Source of the DNA: a virus
Virus record (IMG/VR): IMGVR_UViG_3300024520_007517
Strand: one strand, 5' to 3'
DNA: 39,644 nucleotides
Part shown: one piece after another, positions 7,429 through 14,623 of the stretch
Layout: every line of letters begins with the position of its first letter
How positions within the stretch are numbered: the first letter of the stretch is position 1
Notes under the pieces: model-generated
What the model saw: the letters and a program-made list of their open reading frames with translations, nothing else
Told to the model about the DNA's origin: nothing
Databases searched by the model: none
Program-made: the position numbers and the translations under genes

Positions 7429-8604
7429 CTACAGGACGCCGAGGAGCTCCAGGAGCTCCATGGTCTCGGGACTGTGCGCGACCTTGATTCCCTTCGACAG
7501 ACCAGCCTTGACTCCTCGTTGGAACTCGTCGCCCTCGATGTGCCCGGCGCCGTTGCTCGACGCCTGCTCCAACCGCTTCACCTCCGCGTTCAAGCGCTGC
7601 ACCTCGGCGCTCAGCGCCATCTCGTCCGATGTCCGAGAGGTCTTCAGACGCTCGTTCTCCGACTTCAGACCCCGGCAGCTCTCATCCCGAGCCGCGATGT
7701 CTGCTCGCTGCACGCGCACCGCCCTCCGGTGCTCCGTGATCTCCTCCCGCAGGGAGAGGATGCTCACGTCGCGCTCCTGGAGCTGCTTCCTCAGGCCCTC
7801 GACCACCGTCAGGTGGCCCGCCAACGGCGACTCCGAGGTCTGCAGGGCTTCGAGCTGCTTCCGCAGGTCGTAGACCTCCTCCTCGGCAGCCCGACCGCTC
7901 TCCAGCAGCTGGTCCCGTCCGGCGTTGGCCAGACGGGCGGCCTCCTTGTGGGCGGCGATCTCCTTCTGCATGTTGGCGGCCTTGGCCTCGGCCTCCTCCT
8001 CCAAGGCACGGGAGTAGTCCCGAGCGTCTGCCAGCTCCTTCTGCGCCGTCTTCACCTTGCCCTGCAGCTCGGTGATCTCCTCGGTGAAGACGAGGGTGTC
8101 CGCCTCTTCCTTCTCTCGGGCGATGACCTGCTCGGTCTCTCGGTGGCGCCGGTGAGCAGCTGCGACGGCCTTGCCACTGACGGGCAGGCCGTCGGGGCTG
8201 GGAGACAGCGCGATGGCGATCTGGTCGTAGGTCTTGCCGGCAGCACGCATCGAGATGATCTTCTGGATGCGATCGGGCCCCCACTGGGTGCTCTGTCGCC
8301 TCGGGATGTTGCCGATGCCGGCCTCGGACAAGGCCTTCCTCGTCGCCGTCATGCTCTTGCTGACGTAGACGAGCGGGAGGCTCTTCTTCTTGGCCGTGCG
8401 CTCGGCCAGGTTCTTGAGAGGCGTGTTGGCCACGTCCCACATGAAGAGGATGACGTCGGCGCCCTTGGTCGACGTCGTCTTCGGGGAGCGCCGCCCCATA
8501 GACGTGACGTTGTGGGTGATGTCGACTCCGAGCCCTTTGAGCTTGGCGACGTACGAGCTGTTGTTGCGGGGGAAGCCGCCGATCAAAACTGCAGTAGTAC
8601 CCAT
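7429..8604 (-). CDS. hypothetical protein (391 aa): N-terminal alpha/beta domain, HTH-like segment (GKTYDQIAIAL), long C-terminal coiled coil
   Basis: internal ATG (MGTTAVLIGG...) of track ORF 7429..8898 with AGGAGAAA SD; operator-like IR (GCAATAACCGGTTGTCA) plus GGGATAAG leader upstream. Confidence 0.65.
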   Translation of the reverse strand: MGTTAVLIGGFPRNNSSYVAKLKGLGVDITHNVTSMGRRSPKTTSTKGADVILFMWDVANTPLKNLAERTAKKKSLPLVYVSKSMTATRKALSEAGIGNIPRRQSTQWGPDRIQKIISMRAAGKTYDQIAIALSPSPDGLPVSGKAVAAAHRRHRETEQVIAREKEEADTLVFTEEITELQGKVKTAQKELADARDYSRALEEEAEAKAANMQKEIAAHKEAARLANAGRDQLLESGRAAEEEVYDLRKQLEALQTSESPLAGHLTVVEGLRKQLQERDVSILSLREEITEHRRAVRVQRADIAARDESCRGLKSENERLKTSRTSDEMALSAEVQRLNAEVKRLEQASSNGAGHIEGDEFQRGVKAGLSKGIKVAHSPETMELLELLGVL

Positions 8605-8634
8605 TGAATTTCTCCTGGTAGTGGGTTCATCTGC

Positions 8635-8642
8635 CTTATCCC
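8635..8642 (-). promoter_or_regulatory. GGGATAAG motif, 35 nt upstream of CDS 7429..8604, operator-like IR upstream
   Basis: motif core on minus strand. Confidence 0.5.
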
Positions 8643-8646
8643 CCAA

Positions 8647-8668
8647 TGACAACCGGTTATTGCCTAAG
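8647..8668. promoter_or_regulatory. operator-like IR (degenerate half-site) GACAAC-N5-ATTGCCTAAG abutting promoter motif of CDS 7429..8604
   Basis: tgacaaccggttattgcctaag. Confidence 0.4.
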
Positions 8669-8673
8669 GGAGA

Positions 8674-8691
8674 TGCCCCCATGACGGGGCA
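8674..8691 (-). terminator. hairpin after CDS 8705..8920
   Basis: tgcccc-catgac-ggggca. Confidence 0.4.
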
Positions 8692-8704
8692 GAGCTCTGC
8701 TTGA

Positions 8705-8920
8705 CTACAGCCCCAGCTCCATGAGCTCGGACTCCTCCAGCTCGCGCTGGAGGAGTCCGACCCACATGTCTCGGACCTCTGGAGGCATGTCGGCCTCCTG
8801 CGCCTGGAACTCGCGGATGAGTCGCGCCCGTCGACGCTGGTTAGCTCGAGCCGGCCGGAGCAGGTCGAGCAAGAGGTACATGCCGGTCGCGCCGGCAATC
8901 CAGAGGAAGAGGTACAGCAT
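8705..8920 (-). CDS. small membrane-anchored protein (71 aa)
   Basis: track ORF; AAGGAGAT SD; hairpin downstream. Confidence 0.65.
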   Translation of the reverse strand: MLYLFLWIAGATGMYLLLDLLRPARANQRRRARLIREFQAQEADMPPEVRDMWVGLLQRELEESELMELGL

Positions 8921-8933
8921 TTGGGATCTCCTT

Positions 8934-9323
8934 TCAGAGAGTGAAGAGGGTGGCCATCACCTGGTTCCAGGTGATGTCAGGTTGGACGATGATGAGCTGG
9001 CGGCCCAGCTCGATGAGGCCGCAGAGGGCCACGTCGAACGCCTTCAGCTCGTCGGCCGAGACCGAGGCCTGGAGGTTGACGCCCTTGCCCTCGTAGAACG
9101 CCTTGCAGGCGGGCTGGAAGCTGAACGTCTCGCAGAAGAAGGCGTCCATCATCGAGCGGTAGCCGTCGACGTCGATCTCCATGTCGGTGAAGAGGAACCT
9201 CTGCACTGCCTTTCGGCGGAGCATCCGTTCGGCGGCGGGGAAGACGGTCTCGCTGACGCCTCCGCCGACGGAGAGACGCTGCTCAAGACGGACCTCGCAC
9301 TGCATGTGCATTCCGAGATTCAT
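8934..9323 (-). CDS. hypothetical protein (129 aa)
   Basis: track ORF; GAGGAGA SD. Confidence 0.65.
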   Translation of the reverse strand: MNLGMHMQCEVRLEQRLSVGGGVSETVFPAAERMLRRKAVQRFLFTDMEIDVDGYRSMMDAFFCETFSFQPACKAFYEGKGVNLQASVSADELKAFDVALCGLIELGRQLIIVQPDITWNQVMATLFTL

Positions 9324-9336
9324 GGCGGGTCTCCTC

Positions 9337-9447
9337 TCAGAGCTCGATGGGGGTGTCCAGGGCGGTCATGACCTGGAAGAAGTTCTTGGCCACGGCCACG
9401 GCCGCTCCGAGGGCGGCAGCAGCGACACAGGTGAGGAATACGCGCAT
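9337..9447 (-). CDS. small single-TM peptide (36 aa; MRVFLTCVAAAALGAAVAVAKNFF...)
   Basis: not in track (<60 aa); ATG with AGGAGAT SD; consensus GGGATAAGAGAAGTGAACCCAAAC leader 34 nt upstream. Confidence 0.5.
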   Translation of the reverse strand: MRVFLTCVAAAALGAAVAVAKNFFQVMTALDTPIEL

Positions 9448-9476
9448 GTGAAATCTCCTAGTTTGGGTTCACTTCT

Positions 9477-9484
9477 CTTATCCC
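9477..9484 (-). promoter_or_regulatory. GGGATAAGAGAAGTGAACCCAAAC motif, 34 nt upstream of CDS 9337..9447
   Basis: motif core on minus strand. Confidence 0.5.
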
Positions 9485-9572
9485 CCCTAGAAGGCCGTCG
9501 ATTTCTAAGAGTAAGAGGCGGGGCCCAGGTGCTTGTGCACCCGGACCCCGTGTCTACCTGACCATCTGCCTG

Positions 9573-9602
9573 GGTAGCGGGACCGCCGGCGGTCCCGCTA
9601 CC
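9573..9602. terminator. 30-bp perfect palindrome (bidirectional terminator candidate) after CDS 9618..10118
   Basis: ggtagcgggaccgcc/ggcggtcccgctacc. Confidence 0.6.
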
Positions 9603-9617
9603 AGATCAGGTTCTCAC

Positions 9618-10118
9618 TCACTCACTCCAGGCGCGCGTGCCCTCGCCGGGCTCGTCCTGCCCGTTGTCGAAGCTGTCGCGGACCGCCTGGCGGAGCCCGA
9701 TCTCCTCCGCCATGTACTGGGAGGCCTCCTTAGCCTCCCGCTCGAGGTCGGCGATGGTCCGGTGCATGGCCCGCAACTCGTCGGCAACGGCTGCCGCCCC
9801 GTCGTTGACCCCGCTGAGGTCCGGGGTCGGCATCCCGAACATCTGTCCGGCGGCCTCGTAGGCCGCGACCTTCGGCAGCCCGGCGTCGACCAGCGTCTCG
9901 AACGCGCCCGCGAATGCCTTCGCCTTCGCCTCGGCGACCTTGATGCCTTCCATTCGCACCGAGTTGACGCCCAGCGCCACGCCGGTGAAGGCGCCGGTGA
10001 CGAGCTCGATGTACTTCGTGCTCTGGGTGAAATCTTGGTCCATGCGGAGCTGGCGGTCTTCTCGCTGCAGTTCCAGCTGCTTCTTCAGATCGGCGGAGGG
10101 GTTCTTGGGGTTGCTCAT
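9618..10118 (-). CDS. hypothetical Ala-rich helical protein (166 aa)
   Basis: internal ATG (MSNPKNPSADLKK...) of track ORF 9618..10166 with GGAGAT SD; 30-bp perfect palindrome terminator downstream. Confidence 0.65.
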   Translation of the reverse strand: MSNPKNPSADLKKQLELQREDRQLRMDQDFTQSTKYIELVTGAFTGVALGVNSVRMEGIKVAEAKAKAFAGAFETLVDAGLPKVAAYEAAGQMFGMPTPDLSGVNDGAAAVADELRAMHRTIADLEREAKEASQYMAEEIGLRQAVRDSFDNGQDEPGEGTRAWSE

Positions 10119-10165
10119 GATCACGATCTCCAGTCGGGGAAAACCCGTAGGTGTCCGACAGATCA

Positions 10166-10173
10166 CTTATCCC
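10166..10173 (-). promoter_or_regulatory. GGGATAAGTGATCTGTCGGACA motif, 51 nt upstream of CDS 9618..10118
   Basis: motif core on minus strand; near-identical leader to copy at 11909. Confidence 0.5.
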
Positions 10174-10214
10174 CTCAAGGATCTTGAGTTGTGCAGAGCT
10201 AAGTTGAAAGACTC

Positions 10215-10255
10215 GCTGTCGGCGGGTGCTCGAGCCGAACGACCCCGCCGACAGC
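10215..10255 (-). terminator. 12-bp perfect stem hairpin
   Basis: gctgtcggcggg-N16-cccgccgacagc. Confidence 0.55.
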
Positions 10256-10280
10256 AGAGTCCTGGTTTGTTTGCACTCCC

Positions 10281-10288
10281 CTTATCCC
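10281..10288 (-). promoter_or_regulatory. orphan GGGATAAGGGGAGTGCAAACAAACCAGGAC leader with no ORF, running into hairpin 10215..10255
   Basis: motif core on minus strand between two terminators. Confidence 0.4.
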
Positions 10289-10321
10289 TCGCCCGCCCCG
10301 GAACTTCCGGGGCGGGCGAGG
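10287..10321. terminator. 35-nt perfect palindrome hairpin after CDS 10331..10450
   Basis: cctcgcccgccccggaa/cttccggggcgggcgagg. Confidence 0.6.
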
Positions 10322-10330
10322 AGGGATGCG

Positions 10331-10450
10331 CTAGCCGTCGTCTTTGTCGTCCTCCTTGCGCTCGACGAGGCTGTCAGCCCAGACGGAGGTGGCGAAGCCG
10401 GCGATGAAGGAGATGAGGGAGACGGCAAGGAAGCGGATGAGAGTGGTCAT
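10331..10450 (-). CDS. small single-TM peptide (39 aa; MTTLIRFLAVSLISFIAGFATSVW...)
   Basis: ATG with GGAGAA SD inside track ORF 10331..10666; consensus leader upstream; palindromic terminator downstream. Confidence 0.5.
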   Translation of the reverse strand: MTTLIRFLAVSLISFIAGFATSVWADSLVERKEDDKDDG

Positions 10451-10481
10451 GGGAAGTTCTCCAGGTTTGTGGTTCACTTCT

Positions 10482-10489
10482 CTTATCCC
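10482..10489 (-). promoter_or_regulatory. GGGATAAGAGAAGTGAACCACAAAC motif, 36 nt upstream of CDS 10331..10450
   Basis: motif core on minus strand. Confidence 0.5.
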
Positions 10490-10511
10490 CCCACTCAGAT
10501 CCCCAGTTGCA

Positions 10512-10676
10512 TCACCTCTGTCCCCTCCGCCAGGGGTTCCGAGGAGCCAGCTTGTGGTGGAGCACGACGACGACGTAGACCGCCGGGTAGACCAAGGTGG
10601 CCACCACGTCTCCGATGAGGAAGGCGGCCTCGCTGGCCCGGCGCTTCTCCTCCCTCTTGGGGTCAATCTTCGTCAT
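10512..10676 (-). CDS. small membrane protein (54 aa)
   Basis: internal ATG (MTKIDPKREEKRR...) of track ORF 10512..10733 with GGAGAGAC SD. Confidence 0.45.
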   Translation of the reverse strand: MTKIDPKREEKRRASEAAFLIGDVVATLVYPAVYVVVVLHHKLAPRNPWRRGQR

Positions 10677-10770
10677 GTCTCTCCAGTGGTAAGGCAGAGG
10701 TCGAACCGGCGGATCCGCATCATGAGTGTGCACTGTCCGTCCTTTCTTGTCCGTCCTCTAGCGCATTGAA

Positions 10771-10778
10771 CTTATCCC
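10771..10778 (-). promoter_or_regulatory. GGGATAAG motif, ~95 nt upstream of CDS 10512..10676
   Basis: motif core on minus strand; leader contains a 16-codon uORF ending ATGA at the gene start. Confidence 0.4.
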
Positions 10779-10895
10779 AGGTGATACCCCCGGTTTCACA
10801 GGCTAAATTGATGCGGTCCTTTCGGTCCGCGACTAGGGTCACGACTCCCTATAAAACAGCTGTCTGTGGTTTCAGTCACTTTACTCATCCCGCGA

Positions 10896-10925
10896 GGCGC
10901 CCCTGGATTTCACCCCAGGGGCGCC
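10896..10925 (-). terminator. 11-bp stem hairpin after CDS 10942..11115
   Basis: ggcgcccctgg-atttcacc-ccaggggcgcc. Confidence 0.55.
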
Positions 10926-10941
10926 CCTGTGGGCGAGTGTC

Positions 10942-11115
10942 TCAGCCTCGCCCATCCCCGTGCACGTGGGTCGGGAGCGTGGCGTCATGGAGCCAGTTCC
11001 CGAACCGTTGGTGTCCGGTGAAGATGTAGACGAGCTCGCCCAGTGGATGAGCCACGAGGTTGTGCGCCGTCCATTGGAGACGAGGGGGAAGACGATCGAT
11101 GAGGCGGATCAGCAT
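10942..11115 (-). CDS. hypothetical small protein (57 aa; MLIRLIDRLPPRLQWTAHNLVAHPLGELVYIF...)
   Basis: not in track; ATG with GGAGAA SD 31 nt downstream of GGGGTAAG leader; GC-rich hairpin terminator after stop. Confidence 0.45.
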   Translation of the reverse strand: MLIRLIDRLPPRLQWTAHNLVAHPLGELVYIFTGHQRFGNWLHDATLPTHVHGDGRG

Positions 11116-11149
11116 GGTCAGTTCTCCAGTTATATGAGTGACTGATCTA

Positions 11150-11157
11150 CTTACCCC
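11150..11157 (-). promoter_or_regulatory. GGGGTAAG variant motif, 31 nt upstream of CDS 10942..11115
   Basis: motif core on minus strand. Confidence 0.4.
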
Positions 11158-11176
11158 GCCGGAACCACACCGAATT

Positions 11177-11866
11177 TCATCCGACCGTGATCCACTTCTC
11201 CTCGTAGTCCACGACCGCCTTCGCCTCGCCCAGCAACTTCGCCCAGGCGAGCTGGAGCAGCTCCAGCTGGAAGAACTCGTCCTCGTGACCGTTGTGGGTC
11301 ACGATCAAGGCCTTGACCGCCCCCTCGCCCAGGAGGTCACGGGGGGACGCGTACCGAGAGTTGCCGCCGCCGAGGTTCCGCGTGAAGCGGTGGCTGGAGA
11401 CGGTGGGCTTCGGGCCGTTGCTGGCCAGGATCGTCACCAGAACGTGGGTGTACCCGTGCTCCGTCAGGTAGGCCCGCTCGATGTCCGTCGTCTGCGGGTC
11501 GCCGATGTAGGCCTCGACCGTGTACACCACGACACGTACTTCGGCGGGAGCCAGGTCGAGGTCGCTGAGGTCGCTGCGGTCGCGCACCACCACGGCCTCC
11601 CCGCGGTGGACGCGGGCCTGGAACATCTCGTCGTCGAGGACGGGCGGCATCGGCGCGTCCCCGCAGTAGACGAGATGGCAGGCCTCTTCCGGCAGGTCGA
11701 TGACACCGACGCCGGAAGCGGGGAAGTCGAACTCGCTGGCAGCGGTGTGCACGAAACCGACGATGCGGTCCTCGTTGTCTTCGGGGAGGGGGCGGACGAT
11801 GGTGCCGATGGCGGAGCCGTCGAGCTGGCTACCGGCGATGGCGTGGATGAAGAGCTTGGTGGTCAT
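11177..11866 (-). CDS. hypothetical protein (229 aa)
   Basis: track ORF; AGGAGATACC SD; leader motif 44 nt upstream. Confidence 0.7.
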   Translation of the reverse strand: MTTKLFIHAIAGSQLDGSAIGTIVRPLPEDNEDRIVGFVHTAASEFDFPASGVGVIDLPEEACHLVYCGDAPMPPVLDDEMFQARVHRGEAVVVRDRSDLSDLDLAPAEVRVVVYTVEAYIGDPQTTDIERAYLTEHGYTHVLVTILASNGPKPTVSSHRFTRNLGGGNSRYASPRDLLGEGAVKALIVTHNGHEDEFFQLELLQLAWAKLLGEAKAVVDYEEKWITVG

Positions 11867-11908
11867 GGGTATCTCCTGAGTCGGGGAAGTGTGTTGTCCG
11901 ACACCTCA

Positions 11909-11916
11909 CTTATCCC
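11909..11916 (-). promoter_or_regulatory. GGGATAAGTGAGGTGTCGGACA motif, 44 nt upstream of CDS 11177..11866
   Basis: motif core on minus strand. Confidence 0.5.
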
Positions 11917-11994
11917 TTCCCAGGACCTCCAAACGACAAAGGGCGCTCCCCCATCCCGGGGAGCGCCCTCGCGTCGCAGTCCTGTGGTAGTCGG

Positions 11995-12480
11995 TCAGGC
12001 GGCCTGCTTCTTCGCCTTGCTCGCCTTGGCCTTCTTCGCGCGGCATCCGCGGCAGTGGCTCTGCGAGGCCGTGCGAATCTTCTCGCCGTCCTTGGTCTTC
12101 GTCTTCATCCGGCGGTAGCCGAACATCTCGGCGATGTCGCCCGTCTCCTTGCAGCTCGGGCAGGTCTTCTCGCCGGTCGGGCCGCCCTCGGGGGCCGACT
12201 TCTTCTTGGCGGGAGCCTTCTTCGCGGGAGCCTTCTTCTTGGCCGGAGCCTTCTTCTTGGCCTTCGGCTTCTCGGCCGTGCCGCTCTCCAGCTTGGTCAG
12301 CCGGGTCTGCGCGGGCTTGACCACGAGGACGCGGGTGTCGCGAGGCTCGATGCCTTCGGCCTCGTTGCCCACGAGGGCACGGAGGACGTCGGCGCTCTCC
12401 TCCTTGCGGACGGCGTTGCGGGCATCGACGCCGCGCATGTCCAAGATCTCGGTGACGCGCTCTTCGGTGGTCTTGCTCAT
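11995..12480 (-). CDS. histone-like DNA-binding protein: Lys/Ala/Pro (PAKK) repeat tail plus C-terminal CxxC..CxxC zinc ribbon (161 aa)
   Basis: internal ATG (MSKTTEERVTEIL...) of track ORF 11995..12537 with GGAG SD; AKKKAPAKKKAPAKKAPAKKK repeat. Confidence 0.6.
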   Translation of the reverse strand: MSKTTEERVTEILDMRGVDARNAVRKEESADVLRALVGNEAEGIEPRDTRVLVVKPAQTRLTKLESGTAEKPKAKKKAPAKKKAPAKKAPAKKKSAPEGGPTGEKTCPSCKETGDIAEMFGYRRMKTKTKDGEKIRTASQSHCRGCRAKKAKASKAKKQAA

Positions 12481-12555
12481 GTTCTGGCTCCAGTTAGGTG
12501 ATCTGCGGATCTTGACACCACGGATCGTGGGGCGCAACCCTAAGGATCAATTTCT

Positions 12556-12579
12556 GGCGGCCCCCCGAAGGGGACCGCC
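12556..12579 (-). terminator. hairpin after CDS 12591..13058
   Basis: ggcggcccc-ccgaa-ggggaccgcc. Confidence 0.45.
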
Positions 12580-12590
12580 GAGTGAGTGGT

Positions 12591-13058
12591 TTACAGGGAG
12601 ACGATCAGGCCCTGGCCGGCGCCGCCCTCGAAGGCGGGTCCGACCGAGGAGAACGGGGATCCGTCCTTGTTGCAGAGGGACAGGTGGAACACCCGCTCCT
12701 CGTCAACCAGCGGCAGGCCCATCCCCGCGAGGAGCTCGCCCCGCCAGAAGTGCCAGGCCTCCTGGTCCTGGAGCCGGACGGCCCAGGACCACTTCTCCCC
12801 GTGCTTCTGCAGCTCCGCCTCCTCCAGGAGGGAGACGTCCGGAGGCGCCGGCAGCTCGCCCTCCCGACCGATCCAGGTCTTGAGGACCGGCCGGTGGGGC
12901 TTGAGCGAGCCGAAGCTGGCGACCGTGACGTGCAGCCGTTCCAGTGGGAGAGGCACCGCCTCAGGGTACTGCCCCGAGATCTCGACCTGGAGCTTCCCCG
13001 CCGTGGCCAGGGCGGCCTCGGACGGGGTGACGCTGATGAAGGTCTTGGTGACGTGCAT
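12591..13058 (-). CDS. 2H phosphoesterase superfamily protein (LigT/2'-5' RNA ligase/cyclic phosphodiesterase-like, 155 aa)
   Basis: internal ATG (MHVTKTF...) of track ORF 12591..13148 with GGGGAGAAG SD; two H-x-T/S-x motifs (LHVTVA and FHLSLC) spaced as in LigT. Confidence 0.5.
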   Translation of the reverse strand: MHVTKTFISVTPSEAALATAGKLQVEISGQYPEAVPLPLERLHVTVASFGSLKPHRPVLKTWIGREGELPAPPDVSLLEEAELQKHGEKWSWAVRLQDQEAWHFWRGELLAGMGLPLVDEERVFHLSLCNKDGSPFSSVGPAFEGGAGQGLIVSL

Positions 13059-13333
13059 CAGGCTTCTCCCCAGGCGACGCCCTCCATGAAGGCCTCCTTG
13101 TGGCTCTTCTCGTCGATGCTCTCGATGCCCGTGATGGGGTCGGTCCACATCTTCATCTCCCGCTCCTTGAGGATCTCCGCCTCGACCTCGTACGCTGCGC
13201 GCATGCGAGCCTTGAGCGTCTCTTTCTCGCCCGTCTTACGGGCCTTAACTTTGGCTGGGGTGAACTGGTACGCCACCCACGCAGCCATGGCCGCGTAGAT
13301 GGTGAAGAGGATGACGCGGGCGAGTGCCTTCAT
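13058..13333 (-). CDS. membrane-anchored protein (91 aa)
   Basis: track ORF; AGGAGATCC SD; leader motif 32 nt upstream. Confidence 0.65.
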   Translation of the reverse strand: MKALARVILFTIYAAMAAWVAYQFTPAKVKARKTGEKETLKARMRAAYEVEAEILKEREMKMWTDPITGIESIDEKSHKEAFMEGVAWGEA

Positions 13334-13362
13334 GTGGATCTCCTGGTAGGTGGTCTATCTCT

Positions 13363-13370
13363 CTTATCCC
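13363..13370 (-). promoter_or_regulatory. GGGATAAGAGAGATAGACCACC motif, 32 nt upstream of CDS 13058..13333
   Basis: motif core on minus strand; paralogous to copy at 7234. Confidence 0.5.
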
Positions 13371-13375
13371 TCAGA

Positions 13376-13801
13376 TCAGTGCCCGTTCTCATGGGCGAAC
13401 ACCTCCGCCTCCTCGTGGGTCAGGATGACGCCGAAGTAGTCGGTACGGACGGTGGTGGTCTCTACGACCGTTTTTCCGTCCACGCACCAAGTGTGCTGGT
13501 GCCAGATTCCGTCCTCGCTGAGGGCGTAGCCGGTGACGATGGATAGTTCTTCGTCGGCCAGCCACTCAGCTACGGAGTTAGCGTGGCACTGACTTCGTGC
13601 CCCTTCTCGCAGCTGAAGAGACTCGGGCCTAGATGCCTCACCCCTCTCCAGTAGTATTGGCAGATCCTCCTCTGAGAAGGGAAAGCAGACTTCCTCCCCG
13701 CCGGCGGAGAGCAGTCGCTCCCTCAGCTCGGTCATTCGTGGTTGGCGCTCGACTGCCATGTCGATCAGACGCTGCAGGTGCTTCTTTTGCCGTGGTGTCA
13801 T
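13376..13801 (-). CDS. hypothetical protein (141 aa)
   Basis: track ORF; GGGATAAG leader upstream. Confidence 0.6.
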   Translation of the reverse strand: MTPRQKKHLQRLIDMAVERQPRMTELRERLLSAGGEEVCFPFSEEDLPILLERGEASRPESLQLREGARSQCHANSVAEWLADEELSIVTGYALSEDGIWHQHTWCVDGKTVVETTTVRTDYFGVILTHEEAEVFAHENGH

Positions 13802-13833
13802 CGTGAGCTCTTGTCGGCCATAGGTTCATCTGG

Positions 13834-13841
13834 CTTATCCC
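13834..13841 (-). promoter_or_regulatory. GGGATAAGCCAGATGAACC motif upstream of CDS 13376..13801
   Basis: motif core on minus strand. Confidence 0.5.
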
Positions 13842-13874
13842 GCGCAGTTGACCGTTCTGTACTAAGCGAGAGCC

Positions 13875-13900
13875 CTCCCCCGTGCATCGGTGCGGGGGAG
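13875..13900 (-). terminator. 8-bp stem hairpin after CDS 13912..14235
   Basis: ctcccccg-tgcatcggtg-cgggggag. Confidence 0.5.
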
Positions 13901-13911
13901 AACTCTGCTTG

Positions 13912-14235
13912 TCACGTGGCGACCAGGCGCCTCCGGGTCCAGAAGGATCCGGGGCCCCGGGTCTTCTGGACAGGAGACGCTACTTCCGTCGGAATGCCGT
14001 CCGTTACCAGCTCCGGTGGAGCGGTAGGGGTAGTCGGAAGGGTCGCACGCGCGATCACCGCCCGTTGAAGGTGCACGGCAAGCCGCATCTTCAACAGGAT
14101 CTTCTTGCGCCGCTGCCGGCGTCGTCGCTTCATCTTCTTCGTAGACCCGGCTCGTACTCCGGGTCCTCCAGCTCTCAGCAGGCTCTTCTGGCTTCCCGGT
14201 CGGGGATGCCCTTGGTGGTGGTGGCGGTGAATCAC
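13912..14235 (-). CDS. hypothetical basic Arg/Lys-rich protein (107 aa)
   Basis: track ORF; GC3 about 85% in this frame versus about 25% for competing frame 13862..14314; GTG start 5 nt after upstream stop; hairpin terminator just downstream. Confidence 0.45.
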   Translation of the reverse strand: MIHRHHHQGHPRPGSQKSLLRAGGPGVRAGSTKKMKRRRRQRRKKILLKMRLAVHLQRAVIARATLPTTPTAPPELVTDGIPTEVASPVQKTRGPGSFWTRRRLVAT

Positions 14236-14240
14236 TCTCT

Positions 14241-14552
14241 CTACTTTCTCTCAGCGGTTCCGAAGAAGGAGGCCCAACGGGCTTTCTTCTTCGCTTCGTG
14301 GACACCCCGCTCAATGATCTCTTGCTCTGATTCCCCGAGAGTCTCTCGGAGAGCCTTGTTCCCTAGAAGAGCGAGCTCCTCTGGCAAGAAGATCCCTGTG
14401 CGGCCGTCATCCACTTTGTAGACGATCCCCTCGTTATCACGCCTGGCTCGGTGGCTCACGGAAGCTCCGACTTGGGCACTGAAGAGGGGGGTGAGGAGGG
14501 GGATCAGGAAGGCGGTCACAGCCCCGAATCCCCAGATCAGTGCGTACAGCAT
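14241..14552 (-). CDS. membrane-anchored protein (103 aa)
   Basis: internal ATG (MLYALIWGFG...) of track ORF 14241..14573 with GGAGG SD. Confidence 0.6.
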   Translation of the reverse strand: MLYALIWGFGAVTAFLIPLLTPLFSAQVGASVSHRARRDNEGIVYKVDDGRTGIFLPEELALLGNKALRETLGESEQEIIERGVHEAKKKARWASFFGTAERK

Positions 14553-14573
14553 CGGTGTGCCTCCTCGCGGCAA

Positions 14574-14605
14574 GCCGCGGCCCCCCGTGAAGGGAGACCG
14601 CGGCC
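14574..14605 (-). terminator. hairpin after CDS 14624..15421
   Basis: gccgcgg-N18-ccgcggc. Confidence 0.4.
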
Positions 14606-14623
14606 GTACCAGGAGAGGCAGCC

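Noticed and set aside
7348-8607. 419-aa plus-strand ORF and 252-aa minus alternative frame (7682..8440)
   Set aside because: Shadow frames of the 7429..8604 gene; Arg/Gly/Pro-rich junk translations.
13862-14314. 150-aa minus-strand ORF (Pro/Ser-rich)
   Set aside because: GC3 about 25% versus about 85% for the overlapping 13912..14235 frame; it runs through the terminator hairpin at 13875-13900 and overlaps the next gene.
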